From an uncultured Actinomycetes bacterium (lineage in GTDB: Bacteria; Actinomycetota; Acidimicrobiia; IMCC26256; DASPTH01): a stretch of 64,000 nt of DNA. The stretch is taken from positions 171,470-235,469 of the forward strand of contig CAWJCN010000004.1 in NCBI GenBank assembly GCA_963841415.1, in the 5' to 3' direction. The translations under genes were made by a program, and so were the position numbers. Numbering within the stretch: the first letter of the stretch is position 1; each line of letters begins with the position of its first letter. A model generated the notes under the pieces. The model made no database searches. It was not told the DNA's origin and worked only from the letters and a program-made list of their open reading frames with translations. This document shows positions 1-9,160 of this stretch, in pieces.

Positions 1-129
1 GAGCGATGATTCAGGGAGTCCGACGGGACGCTGGAAGGTGCACCCATCGTCATCTTCCGGTTGCCGCCGGGTCGGCGCCGAACGAGACGGCACCTCAGCT
101 CGATCGCGAGGGACTGGACGGAGGACACG

Positions 130-651
130 ATGACGGTTGCCACTGCACCTCTTCCGCCGTCTCCGCCGTCGGCTGAACCGCCCAGTCGTCGAACCCGCCG
201 GGGCCTACGCGACATGCGCGGCACGCTCCTGACGGTTGGGGCGCTGCTGTTGGCCTCGATCGTGGCGGTGGCGATCGCGTACGCGGTGAAAGGATCGTCG
301 GGCCCCGTCGGCGACGTTCAGGCAACAACCGTCGACTTCAAGGTCATGATGCCAACCACCCTTGCGACCGGCACGCACACGATCGGTCTGACCAACAACG
401 GCACAGTCGGCCATGAAGTGGTGCTCTTCAAGACCGACCTCGCTGCGAACAGCCTGCCGCTGAAGGCTGACGGCGACGTGAACGAAGAGTCACGACTCCT
501 CGCGAGCGTAGGCGACAGCGGAGCACCACTCAAAGCGGGTGCGACGGAGAGCTTCAAGACCGCGAATCTGACTCCCGGACACTACGTCGCGGTATGCAAT
601 CTTCCGGGCCACTATCACCTCGGCATGAGGCTCGACATCACGGTGCGCTAA
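130..651 (+). CDS. Cupredoxin-like type-1 copper-binding protein, N-terminally membrane anchored
   Basis: Inside ORF 61..651. GGAGGA lies 6 nt before ATG 130. Hydrophobic helix LLTVGALLLASIVAVAIAYAV. His/Cys/His/Met ligand pattern GHEV...CNLPGHYHLGM. Confidence 0.7.
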   Translation: MTVATAPLPPSPPSAEPPSRRTRRGLRDMRGTLLTVGALLLASIVAVAIAYAVKGSSGPVGDVQATTVDFKVMMPTTLATGTHTIGLTNNGTVGHEVVLFKTDLAANSLPLKADGDVNEESRLLASVGDSGAPLKAGATESFKTANLTPGHYVAVCNLPGHYHLGMRLDITVR

Positions 652-815
652 CCGCAGCGACGCTCTCGCGCGCCGCGACGCCGAAGACATCCGTTGTGCC
701 GTGTTGCGCGTCGAGACGAGGCACGGTTGCTCGCGTCTCATCGGATTGCTGACCACGCCCCCACCCGCGCTGGCGTCGCGCCACATCTCCTGTGATCCTG
801 CCGGGGCTGAGCAGG

Positions 816-863
816 ATACCCTAAGGGGTATACTTAAGATTATTGGAATACCTATAGGGGTAT
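816..863. promoter_or_regulatory. Two tandem CsoR-family operator-like inverted repeats bracketing -10-like hexamers
   Basis: ATACCCTAAGGGGTAT (816-831) and ATACCTATAGGGGTAT (848-863), 32 bp apart. The AT-rich spacer holds TATACT/TAAGAT. Located 42 bp upstream of the trx start, with a DUF156 regulator in the same operon. Confidence 0.5.
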
Positions 864-904
864 ACCAGTTGACTGCTCTGATGCCCGAGCCGGGAGGAGG
901 ACGC

Positions 905-1267
905 ATGGGAACCGTTGCGCTGTCCGCGGTGACGTTCGAGTCGACCATCGCCGAGAACGTCATCGTGCTCGTCGACTGGTGGGCGTCGTGGTGCGGCCCG
1001 TGCCGCATGTTCGCCCCGGTCTTCGACGCCGCCGCCGTCAAGCACCCTGACATCGTCTTCGCGAAAGTCGACACCGAGGCCGAGAACGCACTCGCCAGCG
1101 CCGCCGGAATCATGTCCATCCCGACACTGATGGCGTTCCGTGGCGGCGTACTTGTGTTCTCCCAGCCGGGTGCCCTCCCTGCCCCGGCGCTCGACGACCT
1201 GATCGCGCAGGTGCGCGCACTCGACATGGACGCGTTGACCGCCGAACTCGCCGCCCACACGTCTTGA
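905..1267 (+). CDS. trxA: Thioredoxin
   Basis: WCGPC active site (WWASWCGPCRMFAP). GGAGGAGG precedes ATG 905. The N-terminal 68 codons of ORF 701..1267 overlap the operator region and are unlikely to be coding. Confidence 0.85.
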   Translation: MGTVALSAVTFESTIAENVIVLVDWWASWCGPCRMFAPVFDAAAVKHPDIVFAKVDTEAENALASAAGIMSIPTLMAFRGGVLVFSQPGALPAPALDDLIAQVRALDMDALTAELAAHTS

Positions 1268-1270
1268 ACC

Positions 1271-1311
<41 letters not shown>

Positions 1312-1315
1312 CCTG

Positions 1316-1585
1316 ATGCAGATCCCCGATGACGTTATTCATGACGTCCGCACGCGTGTCCGGCGCGCCGCCGGTCAGGTTCAGGCCATCGAGCGAATGC
1401 TCGTCGAGGGCCGCGAGTGCCGCGAGGTCGTGACCCAGATCTCGGCCGCCACGAAAGCGCTCGAGCAGGCCGGGTTCAAGCTCGTCGCGGCCGGCTTGAC
1501 CTATTGCGTCGAGAACCCGGAAGAGGCCGAAGCCGACGGCTATGCGCGCGACGACGTCGAGCGCATGTTCATGAAGCTGGCCTGA
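1316..1585 (+). CDS. CsoR/RcnR-family (DUF156) metal/thiol-sensing repressor, CstR-like fingerprint
   Basis: 89 aa. RVRRAAGQVQAIERML...ECREVVTQISAATKALEQAG...LTYC aligns to CsoR. Both Cys are conserved, but the His 4 residues before the second Cys is Gly. Confidence 0.8.
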   Translation: MQIPDDVIHDVRTRVRRAAGQVQAIERMLVEGRECREVVTQISAATKALEQAGFKLVAAGLTYCVENPEEAEADGYARDDVERMFMKLA

Positions 1586-1586
1586 G

Positions 1587-1973
1587 ATGCGCGGATTCGA
1601 AACCACGGTTCATCTGTCGTTCCCCGACACCGAACAGGCGGTGCGCGACGCCCTCGGCCAGGTTGGCTTCGGCGTGGTGAGCGAGATCGACGTCGCCGCG
1701 AATCTGAACCGCGCCCTCGGAGGAGACCGGTCACCGCTCACGATCCTGGGCGCGTGCAGCCCTGTGCTGGCCGACCGCGCGCTCGCCATCGACCGGTCGG
1801 CCGCGCTCGTGCTGCCCTGCAATGTCGCGCTCGACGAAACCGAAGGCGGCACACGAGTGCGCATCGTCGACCCGCGCGACCTCATTGACGACCGGCGCTT
1901 CGAAGCGCTGGCCGACGAAGCCGCCGCCCAGCTCCAAGCGGCGCTCGACGAACTCCCCGTCGGCGCACCGTGA
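1587..1973 (+). CDS. DUF302 domain protein
   Basis: 128 aa. ATG lies 1 nt after the regulator stop. Family-like core (VVSEIDVAANLNRALG...TILGACSP...LPCNVAL). Confidence 0.65.
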   Translation: MRGFETTVHLSFPDTEQAVRDALGQVGFGVVSEIDVAANLNRALGGDRSPLTILGACSPVLADRALAIDRSAALVLPCNVALDETEGGTRVRIVDPRDLIDDRRFEALADEAAAQLQAALDELPVGAP

Positions 1974-2042
1974 GCCCACGACTGGCGTCACCGCACGGGT
2001 TCCTGATCGAACGCTCGCTCGGCGCACACCGCGACGCAGGTC

Positions 2043-2111
2043 ATGGGTGCCCTCATCCACAGACGCAACTTCGTGTCCCGTCGGTCGGCGACCAGGAATC
2101 GCTGTAGATGA
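2043..2111 (+). CDS. Candidate 22-aa upstream mini-ORF (MGALIHRRNFVSRRSATRNRCR); its stop overlaps the MMPL start (ATGA)
   Basis: ATG 2043 reads in frame to TGA 2109-2111, which overlaps ATG 2108. The 3' end AGGAATCGC resembles the GGAATCGACC element family. Confidence 0.3.
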   Translation: MGALIHRRNFVSRRSATRNRCR

Positions 2112-4282
2112 AGACACCGATCGAGGATCCCGTCACTGCGGCTCATCAGCCATCGGCTCCGCCCGACCCCAAAGCGCTGTTCTCGCGCCTCGCTGCATTC
2201 TCGGCGCGGCACCGTCGGGGCGTCATCATCACCTGGCTCGTGGTCGCGTTTGCCGCCGCGCCGCTCGCCCTGACCTTGACCGGCGCGCTCTCCGGCGCGG
2301 GATGGGAGGCGCAAGGTTCGACCGCGCAACAGGTGCGCGACGAGCTGCGCCGCGACTTCCCCCAACTCGGCGCCGAGGACCCCATCGTCGTCTACCACCA
2401 AAACACACCCATCGCGACCGACCCCGCCGCGTTGCAACGCCTCATCGGCCAACTCCGACATGCACCGCACACGCGCGCGGTCGCCGACCCGCTCACGCTG
2501 CCCGCCTCCGCCGGACTCATCTCCGGTGACGGCCACACCGCGCTGATCCCCGTCGCCCAGGTCGTGCACAACGATGCCCAGCGGCCCGTCGCTGCCGGCG
2601 CACTTGGCAGCTACGTCGACAAGCTCACGCTGCCGTCTGGCGCGCGTGCCGAGGTCACCGGCGAATGGCCGGTGTGGAGTGACTTCAACACCATCAACGC
2701 CGAAGCACTCCACAAGGCCGAGTTGGTCAGCGGTCTGCCGACCTTGATCCTGTTGTTCCTCGCGTTCGGGGCGCTGACCGCCGCCGGACTCCCACTCGTC
2801 CTCGCGCTGGCCGGCATCGCGGTCGGCTTCGCGGTCTTGCACGTCCTTGGCTTGGCCATGCCGATGTCGGTCTGGTCGATGAACTTCTCGATGATGATCG
2901 GCCTCGCCGTCGGGATCGACTACAGCCTCTTCATCGTCAGCCGCTATCGCGAAGAACGCGCCGAAGGCAAAGACGCCCTCACCGCGATCGAAAACACCAT
3001 GTCGACCGCCGGCAAAGCCGTATTCCTCTCTGCCCTCACCGTCGTGATGGCGCTCGCCGCGGTGTTCCTCGTGCCGGTCATGGTCTTCCGCTCCATGGCT
3101 CTCGGCATGATCCTGTCCGTCGTTGCCGTCGCGCTCGCGTCACTGACACTGTTGCCCGCCTTGTTGGTCGCGCTCGGCGACCGCGTGCTGATCAAGAAGA
3201 ACACCGAAGACCGCGACATCACCGCCGAGTCCCGTTGGCAACGCGTCACCAGCGTCGCGCTGCGCCACCCCGGCCGCGTGCTCGCCATCGGGCTCGTCGT
3301 CCTCGGCGCGCTCATCGCGCCTGCGCTCGGCATGCACCTCGGCATGCCCGGCGCCCACGTCGTCGACAAGAGCCACACCAGCCGCGACGGCTACGACATG
3401 CTCGTCGCCGCCTACGGGTCCGGCGCCGCCGCACCCGCGTTCATCACTACCCCCGCCACGAGCGCTGACACCGTCACCCGCGTCGCCTCGGACGTGCCTG
3501 GCGTCGTCGACGCCCGCGTCGTCACCCCACCCGCAGCGACCGGCCGGGTCGTCGTACGCGTCACCGGCTCGACTCCGGTCGACAACTCCCATACCGCGCA
3601 GATGGTCGACACCCTGCGCGCCCGACTCCACACCGCAGTGCCTGCCGCGCGCGTCGGAGGACCCGCCGCGCAAAACCGCGACCTCACCGCGGTGCTCACC
3701 GGGCGCGCCCCCTACGCGATCGGGCTCATCCTCATCGTCGCGTTCGTGCTGCTGCTCATCGTGTTCCGCAGCCTCGTCGTCGCGCTCACGTCGATCCTCA
3801 TGAACCTGCTCACCGTCGGCGCCGCGTTCGGCTTCGCCACGCTCGTGTTCCAGCACGGCATCGGCACCGGACTCCTCGGCATCGAACACCAACCCTTCGT
3901 CGACGCCTGGGCACCACTGTTCTTCTTCGCGCTGCTCTTCGGCCTCTCAATGGACTACCAGCTGTTCTTGTTGGCCGCGATCCGAGAACGCTACGAAGCC
4001 ACCGGCGACACCCGCCGCGCCATCGCCGACGGTATCGCTCGCACCGGACGGCCCATCACCAACGCCGCGCTCATCATGATCGTCGTGTTCATCGCCTTCG
4101 GCGTGACCGGGCCCATCCCGCCCACCGAGCTCGGCCTCACTCTCGCCATGGCCGTCCTCCTCGACGCCACCGTCGTACGCGTCCTGCTCGTCCCCGCCAC
4201 CATGGCCCTCCTCGGCGACCGCAACTGGTACCTCCCTCGCTGGCTCAACCGCGCACTCCCCCACATCCACTTCAGCCACTGA
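2108..4282 (+). CDS. MMPL-family (RND superfamily) membrane transporter
   Basis: 724 aa with two 6-TM blocks carrying GIDYSLFIVSRYREE and GLSMDYQLFLLAAIRERY motifs. Confidence 0.9.
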   Translation: MKTPIEDPVTAAHQPSAPPDPKALFSRLAAFSARHRRGVIITWLVVAFAAAPLALTLTGALSGAGWEAQGSTAQQVRDELRRDFPQLGAEDPIVVYHQNTPIATDPAALQRLIGQLRHAPHTRAVADPLTLPASAGLISGDGHTALIPVAQVVHNDAQRPVAAGALGSYVDKLTLPSGARAEVTGEWPVWSDFNTINAEALHKAELVSGLPTLILLFLAFGALTAAGLPLVLALAGIAVGFAVLHVLGLAMPMSVWSMNFSMMIGLAVGIDYSLFIVSRYREERAEGKDALTAIENTMSTAGKAVFLSALTVVMALAAVFLVPVMVFRSMALGMILSVVAVALASLTLLPALLVALGDRVLIKKNTEDRDITAESRWQRVTSVALRHPGRVLAIGLVVLGALIAPALGMHLGMPGAHVVDKSHTSRDGYDMLVAAYGSGAAAPAFITTPATSADTVTRVASDVPGVVDARVVTPPAATGRVVVRVTGSTPVDNSHTAQMVDTLRARLHTAVPAARVGGPAAQNRDLTAVLTGRAPYAIGLILIVAFVLLLIVFRSLVVALTSILMNLLTVGAAFGFATLVFQHGIGTGLLGIEHQPFVDAWAPLFFFALLFGLSMDYQLFLLAAIRERYEATGDTRRAIADGIARTGRPITNAALIMIVVFIAFGVTGPIPPTELGLTLAMAVLLDATVVRVLLVPATMALLGDRNWYLPRWLNRALPHIHFSH

Positions 4283-4349
4283 AAGGAACGACCATGGCGC
4301 CCGCAACCCCAACCCGCCCGGCAGCGCGACCCGTTGGCCGCACGAACGG

Positions 4350-4533
4350 GTGCGGTTCGCGCTCGCCGGCACCATGACCGTCCTCAGCGTCGTCCTGGCA
4401 GCAACACTCACCCGTGGTTCCTGCGCTCACCGCGTTCGTGGGCATCAACCAGTGGCTCTACGTCACGGTCGGCAACTGCCCCGCGTCGCCGTTGTTCCGC
4501 CGGCTCGGCGTCGTGTCACGATGCGGGGCCTGA
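4350..4533 (+). pseudogene. DUF2892 (YgaP-like) small membrane protein, frameshifted as sequenced
   Basis: Frame 3 gives VRFALAGTMTVLSVVLAATL. Frame 1 continues ALTAFVGINQWLYVTVGNCPASPLFRRLGV to TGA 4531-4533. The frame switch is near 4400-4412. Confidence 0.5.
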
Positions 4534-4605
4534 CACCCACGCTGCCGATCCCCGCGGGACCGGTAGCAGACTGCATACGCAGGCCACGCGCACCTGGAGA
4601 GCGCG

Positions 4606-5223
4606 GTGATGGACCGTCACGACTGGGACGACCGCTACCGAGCGACCGAACTGGTGTGGTCGGCCGGGCCGAACCAGTTTGTGGTCGCCGAACTCGAACA
4701 CCTTGCGCCGACTCGCGCCCCCGATCTCGCGTGCGGGGAAGGCCGCAACGCAATCTGGCTCGCCGAGCACGGCTGGACCGTCACCGGCGTGGACTTCTCC
4801 GAGGCCGCGCTCGAGAAGGCCCGTCGCATCGCCGCAACCCGCAACGTCACCATCCAGTGCGAGCTCGCCGACATCACCGAGTACACCCCGCCCGCCGCGC
4901 AATTCGATCTCGTGATCGTGATGTACCTCCACCTTCCCGCAGCCCAGCGCCGCGTCGTATATTCGAGCGTGCCGCCGCCGCAGTCGCGCCCGGCGCGACG
5001 CTGCTCGTGGTAGGCCACAACAGCACCAACCCGGCCAGTGGATGGGGCGGCCCCCAAGACCCCAACGTGCTCTACGGACCCGAAGACATCAAACGTCGAC
5101 GTCGACGGGCTCCAGATCGTCAAGGCGGAACGGGTCGAGCGCGACGTCCGCACCGATCAGGGCGACAAGGTCGCGATCGACGCGCTCCTCCGCGCAACTC
5201 GAGCCCCTGAGGAGACACCATGA
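4606..5223 (+). pseudogene. Class I SAM-dependent methyltransferase, two frameshifts as sequenced
   Basis: DLACGEGRNAIWLAEHGWTVTGVDFS motif. The reading frame goes 1 to 3 near 4955-4962 and 3 to 1 near 5090-5097; homologous-looking sequence continues in each frame. Confidence 0.7.
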
Positions 5224-5480
5224 CCACAGGTCCTCCCCTCCCGCTCGTCGGCGACGACCTCGACGTCCGCTGTATCGACGGAACGGAGCGTGTTTATCTC
5301 AACCTCGACGGCGCGGCATCCACCAACGCGCTGCCAGCCGTCGCCGCCCGGGTGCACGACTTCGTGCCCTGGTACTCGAGCGTCCATCGCGGCGCCGGCT
5401 ACAAGTCGCGTGCCGCTACCGACGCCTACGAACACGCACGTACCGCGATCCGGCGGCGGGCGCGACGCCGCCCGTTGCAT
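5220..5480 (+). pseudogene. N-terminal fragment of a class V aminotransferase/cysteine desulfurase-like protein
   Basis: ATGA overlap with the methyltransferase stop. VYLNLDGAASTNALPAVAARVHDFVPWYSSVHRGAGYKSRAATDAYEHAR resembles the family N-terminus. Similarity is lost after about 85 aa, and there is no room for a full-length gene. Confidence 0.45.
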
Positions 5481-5869
5481 CGAGAGCTACCGGGCCGCGC
5501 GCGACATCACCGACCCCGAGCGTCCTCTCGGTCCAAAGCCGCCCGGTGGCCCATCAGCTGCATGGCGCCACCACCTACACCAGCTCGACCTGCTGCTCGT
5601 CCAGATCCACGAGCCGACCCTCGCACGGGGTGTCGAGCTGGAGCTCTGACAGCTGGCGGAATGCTCCTGCCCATGGGGGTCGACGCGGACCTTCCGCACC
5701 CATGCCAAGACTCCCTCGCGGCTGGCGGTGACCACGGCAGGGGACGGATGAGCTCAGGATGGGCGGACTCACGCAGCAGCGGCCCGTTGAGACCCTCGTC
5801 GTCTTCGGCCTTGAGGTCGCCGTCGAACTCGATGTCCATCTCAGTCAGCAACTTCGCTGACGATGACGC

Positions 5870-6082
5870 TCAGGGCTGAAGCGTGAGCTGCCAGCGGTGG
5901 TCGATCCGATCAGTGACGGTCGCCGCGAAGTAACGGCCCGCATCGTCGAGCACCTCGACTCGCATACCGATGGTGAGCTCTTCGTCGCGCTCGAGCTCGG
6001 CATCGTGCACGTAGGCGCGGCCGGCTTCGAGCTCCGCGGGACCGACTGATGCCGGCACGACGAGCTTGGTGATCGTCACCAT
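5870..6082 (-). CDS. Hypothetical small protein (70 aa)
   Basis: ORF only; no recognisable family. Confidence 0.3.
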   Translation of the reverse strand: MVTITKLVVPASVGPAELEAGRAYVHDAELERDEELTIGMRVEVLDDAGRYFAATVTDRIDHRWQLTLQP

Positions 6083-6242
6083 CAGCGTCCGATCGTACCT
6101 GCGTCCACGCCGCCCTCATCAGCCTCTCCACCAGTTCACGCGGCTCGCCGAGGACCGCCAAGACCTGCTCGAAACGCGGAGCGAGCTCAGCACGAGCAGC
6201 CGGATGGTGTAACATCTATGTCACGGCACGGAAGGATCTGGC

Positions 6243-6557
6243 ATGGCGAGGACAAGGACTGGTGCTGAGCGCTACATCGAGCGCCAGAAGCGCGATCCCG
6301 AGTTCCGCGAGGCATATGACGACGCCGCGCGTCGAATCCACCAGGTCGACGAGCTCGTTCGCGCACTGGACGATGCACGCGAGCAGCGAGGGATGACCAA
6401 GGCCGAGCTCGCGCGCCGCGCCGGGATGGCACCGGAGGTCGTGCGCCGACTCTTCACCGCGGAAGCAGCCAATCCGACCGCAGCCACGCTCGTTGCACTT
6501 GCCGACGTGCTCGACGTGGAGCTGGTGGCCCGACCGGCTCGACGAAAGGCCGGATAG
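6243..6557 (+). CDS. XRE-family helix-turn-helix protein (antitoxin-like)
   Basis: 104 aa. HTH segment GMTKAELARRAGMAPEVVRRLFT...TAATLVALADVLDVEL. Confidence 0.7.
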   Translation: MARTRTGAERYIERQKRDPEFREAYDDAARRIHQVDELVRALDDAREQRGMTKAELARRAGMAPEVVRRLFTAEAANPTAATLVALADVLDVELVARPARRKAG

Positions 6558-6606
6558 ACCCTTCTTGGCGCAGGCCACGACGCGGCACATGTCCCGTGAG
6601 ACGCGG

Positions 6607-7023
6607 TCAGTTGGCCACGGTCCTTCGGCGCCGGAACTCCTCTCGCAGCGCGACCGCGCGCCGGTAGTCACGAGAATGTGCCGCTTGGCGCAGTGGCTTC
6701 GAGAGGCCGGCGATGCAGACGATGCTCGGGCCACCGAGGTCAGGCGCTTTGCGTTCGAGGACGCAGAAGAGGCGGTGGTTGCGTCGGTCAGCGCCGCGCA
6801 ATCGGATCTCGTAGAAGCCGGCCATGTCTCCGTGCATGGCTTCCCATTTGCCACCACCCGAGAACGACGGTGGTGGAGCCTCGGCCACCGCATCGAGCAC
6901 CGCGATCACCTCGGCGCGCGTCCGGACCGGCAGGCTATCGAGGAACGTGATCGTCGGAACCTCGCGCGCTGGATCGTCATCGCGGTGGCGTTGGAAGAAG
7001 TGGATACGCCAGGGCTCGGACAC
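6607..7023 (-). CDS. RelE/ParE-superfamily toxin (phage Gp49/HigB-like)
   Basis: 138 aa. VPTITFLDSLPVRTRAEVIAVLDAVAE...FYEIRLRG...RLFCVL pattern of Gp49-like killer proteins. Confidence 0.65.
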   Translation of the reverse strand: MSEPWRIHFFQRHRDDDPAREVPTITFLDSLPVRTRAEVIAVLDAVAEAPPPSFSGGGKWEAMHGDMAGFYEIRLRGADRRNHRLFCVLERKAPDLGGPSIVCIAGLSKPLRQAAHSRDYRRAVALREEFRRRRTVAN

Positions 7024-7036
7024 GCGGCGACCGCAC

Positions 7037-8194
7037 TCAGCCCGCGGTGGGCGCGGCTGCAGGCTCGTCGGCGAAGAGCTGCGCGACTGTCGACGCCGCG
7101 CTTGCGTCGAGCTCGGGCTGCACGTGGCTGTAGATATCGAGCGTGATACCAGTCGTCGCGTGGCCGAGACGCTCGCTCACCACCTTGGGGTGCACGCCCG
7201 CTTGAAGCGCGAGCGTCGCCCAGGTGTGGCGGAGGTCGTGCAAACGAATCTGCTTCACGCCAGCGCGCCGCGCCGCCGAGCCGAAGGCGCGGGTGAAGCG
7301 GTCCGGGTGAAGCGGCCCTCCGAGTTGATCGCAGAACACCAAGCCGGCGTCTTGCCATGCATCTCCAGCAACGATGCGCTCTTCGAGCTGGCGTGCACGG
7401 TGTGCCTTCAGCGTCGCGACGGTTTCAGTATCGAGCGAAACACTGCGGCGAGACCGCGCCGTCTTCGGCGTCGACCACACCAACTCCTTGTCGACGACGC
7501 TCAGTGCCCGGTTGATCGCGACTCGGCCCGCGCCGAGGTCGACGTCTGACCACCGAAATCCCAGCGCTTCACCGCGACGCATCCCCGTCGTGGCGATCAA
7601 TCGGTAGGCAGCTTCGTTGCGATCACCGTGCACCGACGCGAGGAACGTGCGCATCTCGGCGGCGTCCCACGTCGACAGCTCGGGGCGGGTTGGCGTAGGT
7701 GGCTTCACCAGCGCGGCCACGTTGCGCTGCACGAGCCCGAAGCGCTCGGCATCGGCAAGGCAGCGGCGCAGGGCGATGTGGACGTTGCGAACCGTCTTCG
7801 CCGAGAGCCCGCCGCCATAGCGATGGCCTTCCGCGAGGAGCGATGCGTACAGCTCCTCCACATCGAGGGGTCGCAGCGCTTGGAGCCGGATGCGACCGAG
7901 GCGATCGGTGACTCTTCCAAGCCCATTTCGGTAGTCGCGGAGCGTGGACGCTCGAATCTTGGGAGCGATGGTGACGAGCCACCGTTCGATCCACTCGCCG
8001 ACCGTCTGCGGGTCGGGTGCGACGTAGCTGCCGTCAGTCACCGACCCGATCAGCTCGGACATGGCGTCTTCGGCAGCGCGCTTCGTGCGGAACCCGCTCT
8101 TGGTCTGCTGTCGCCGGTGACCCGTTGCCGGGTCGCGGCCGACGTCAACGACGTACGCCCAGCTCTTGCCGCGCCGATGCACATGACCTCGCAC
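7037..8194 (-). CDS. int: Tyrosine-type site-specific integrase
   Basis: 385 aa, GTG start. Phage-integrase catalytic region HDLRHTWATLALQAGVHPKVVSERLGHATTGITLDIYSHV. Confidence 0.9.
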   Translation of the reverse strand: MRGHVHRRGKSWAYVVDVGRDPATGHRRQQTKSGFRTKRAAEDAMSELIGSVTDGSYVAPDPQTVGEWIERWLVTIAPKIRASTLRDYRNGLGRVTDRLGRIRLQALRPLDVEELYASLLAEGHRYGGGLSAKTVRNVHIALRRCLADAERFGLVQRNVAALVKPPTPTRPELSTWDAAEMRTFLASVHGDRNEAAYRLIATTGMRRGEALGFRWSDVDLGAGRVAINRALSVVDKELVWSTPKTARSRRSVSLDTETVATLKAHRARQLEERIVAGDAWQDAGLVFCDQLGGPLHPDRFTRAFGSAARRAGVKQIRLHDLRHTWATLALQAGVHPKVVSERLGHATTGITLDIYSHVQPELDASAASTVAQLFADEPAAAPTAG

Positions 8195-8304
8195 GAATGC
8201 GATGTTAGCAATCCGTTAGCACGCGACGTACAAACAGGACGTAACGCCACGGACGCAGTCGGACTCGGTGGACGACGAGCAGGCGTTTGTGCAGGTCAGA
8301 GCGG

Positions 8305-8389
8305 TGCCCGGAGAGGGAGTCGAACCCCCACGCTCCTCGCGGAGCCGGCGGGTTTAAGCCGCCTGCGTCTACCGTTCCGCCACCCGGGC
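8305..8389 (-). tRNA. tRNA-Leu (anticodon UAA), class II with long variable arm
   Basis: Manual fold: acceptor GCCCGGG/TCCGGGC, anticodon stem GGCGG/CCGCC with loop CTTAAAC, variable arm GGCTCCGCGAGGAGCGT, T-loop TTCGACT, discriminator A. Confidence 0.85.
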
Positions 8390-8434
8390 CGGGTGCCGCG
8401 AGGGTAGACGCACCCGCGGTTATCGTCGCCGCCG

Positions 8435-9160
8435 ATGCCTCGATGGCTCGACCGGTTGCTCGATCCCAGCGCGCACATCGCCCACCGGCTGCAGACCACG
8501 GTCGTCGAACCCGCGTGGCGGCGGGTCACCGACCTCGAGTCGTTCGTCCCGGTCAGCATCGCGATCGGTGTCGCCGTCGTGCTCGAGGCAACGCTGCCGC
8601 ATCGCGTCGCGCAGCTGCGGTGGATGTTCGTTGTCGCCAGCGTGTTGTTCTTCGTCCTCCTGTTGGTCGTCAACCCGCGCCGGGCGGCGGAGCGACCGCG
8701 CCTCGTGCGCGGATCGATGCTCTCGCTCGTCGCGTTGCTGAGCATCGGCAACATGTTCTCCGCCGCGGCGCTGGTGATCGACCTCGTCAACGGCGAAGGC
8801 ATCCGCGACGCCGGCAAGCTCCTCCTCACCGGCGGCGCGATCTGGCTCACCAACGTCATCGTGTTCTCGCTGTGGTACTGGGAGTTCGACCGCGGCGGAC
8901 CGCTTGCGCGCGCTCACCGACCCGACGCCGCGCTCGACTTCCTGTTCCCGCAGATGGACAAGCCCGAGCTCGCCCCGGTCGACTGGCAGCCCGAGTACGT
9001 CGACTACCTGTACCTGTCCTTCACGAACGCAATGGCGTTCAGCCCCACCGACGTGATGCCGCTGTCTCGCTGGGCCAAGCTCACGATGCTCGTGCAGTCG
9101 CTCGCATCGCTGATGATCGCCGTCTTGGTGATCGCGCGGGCAGTGAACATCCTGCGCTGA
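8435..9160 (+). CDS. DUF1345 family membrane protein
   Basis: 241 aa, multi-TM. Family-like LWYWEFDRGGP...DFLFPQM...YLYLSFTNAMAFSPTDV. Confidence 0.7.
   Translation: MPRWLDRLLDPSAHIAHRLQTTVVEPAWRRVTDLESFVPVSIAIGVAVVLEATLPHRVAQLRWMFVVASVLFFVLLLVVNPRRAAERPRLVRGSMLSLVALLSIGNMFSAAALVIDLVNGEGIRDAGKLLLTGGAIWLTNVIVFSLWYWEFDRGGPLARAHRPDAALDFLFPQMDKPELAPVDWQPEYVDYLYLSFTNAMAFSPTDVMPLSRWAKLTMLVQSLASLMIAVLVIARAVNILR

Larger units (their letters stand above)
5480..8304. mobile_element. Degenerate integrated element (integrase, toxin/HTH genes, small ORFs) abutting the 3' end of tRNA-Leu
   Basis: The integrase lies 110 bp from the tRNA 3' end. Cargo is toxin-antitoxin-like, and a truncated gene sits at the left side. 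No att direct repeat was found by eye, so the boundaries are uncertain. Confidence 0.4.

Noticed and set aside
5700-5730. Possible att repeat (ctccctcgcggctggcgg) resembling tRNA-Leu positions 8333-8351
   Set aside because: It is only about 14/19 identical, and it matches the variable-arm region rather than the tRNA 3' end. This is likely chance in GC-rich DNA.
5487-5851. Minus-strand ORF fragments (MLTEMDIEFDGDLKAEDDEGL... and ...AFRQLSELQLDTPCEGRLVDLDEQQVELV)
   Set aside because: They may be pieces of one frameshifted gene, but no family is recognisable and the frames cannot be joined confidently, so they are not called as a feature.
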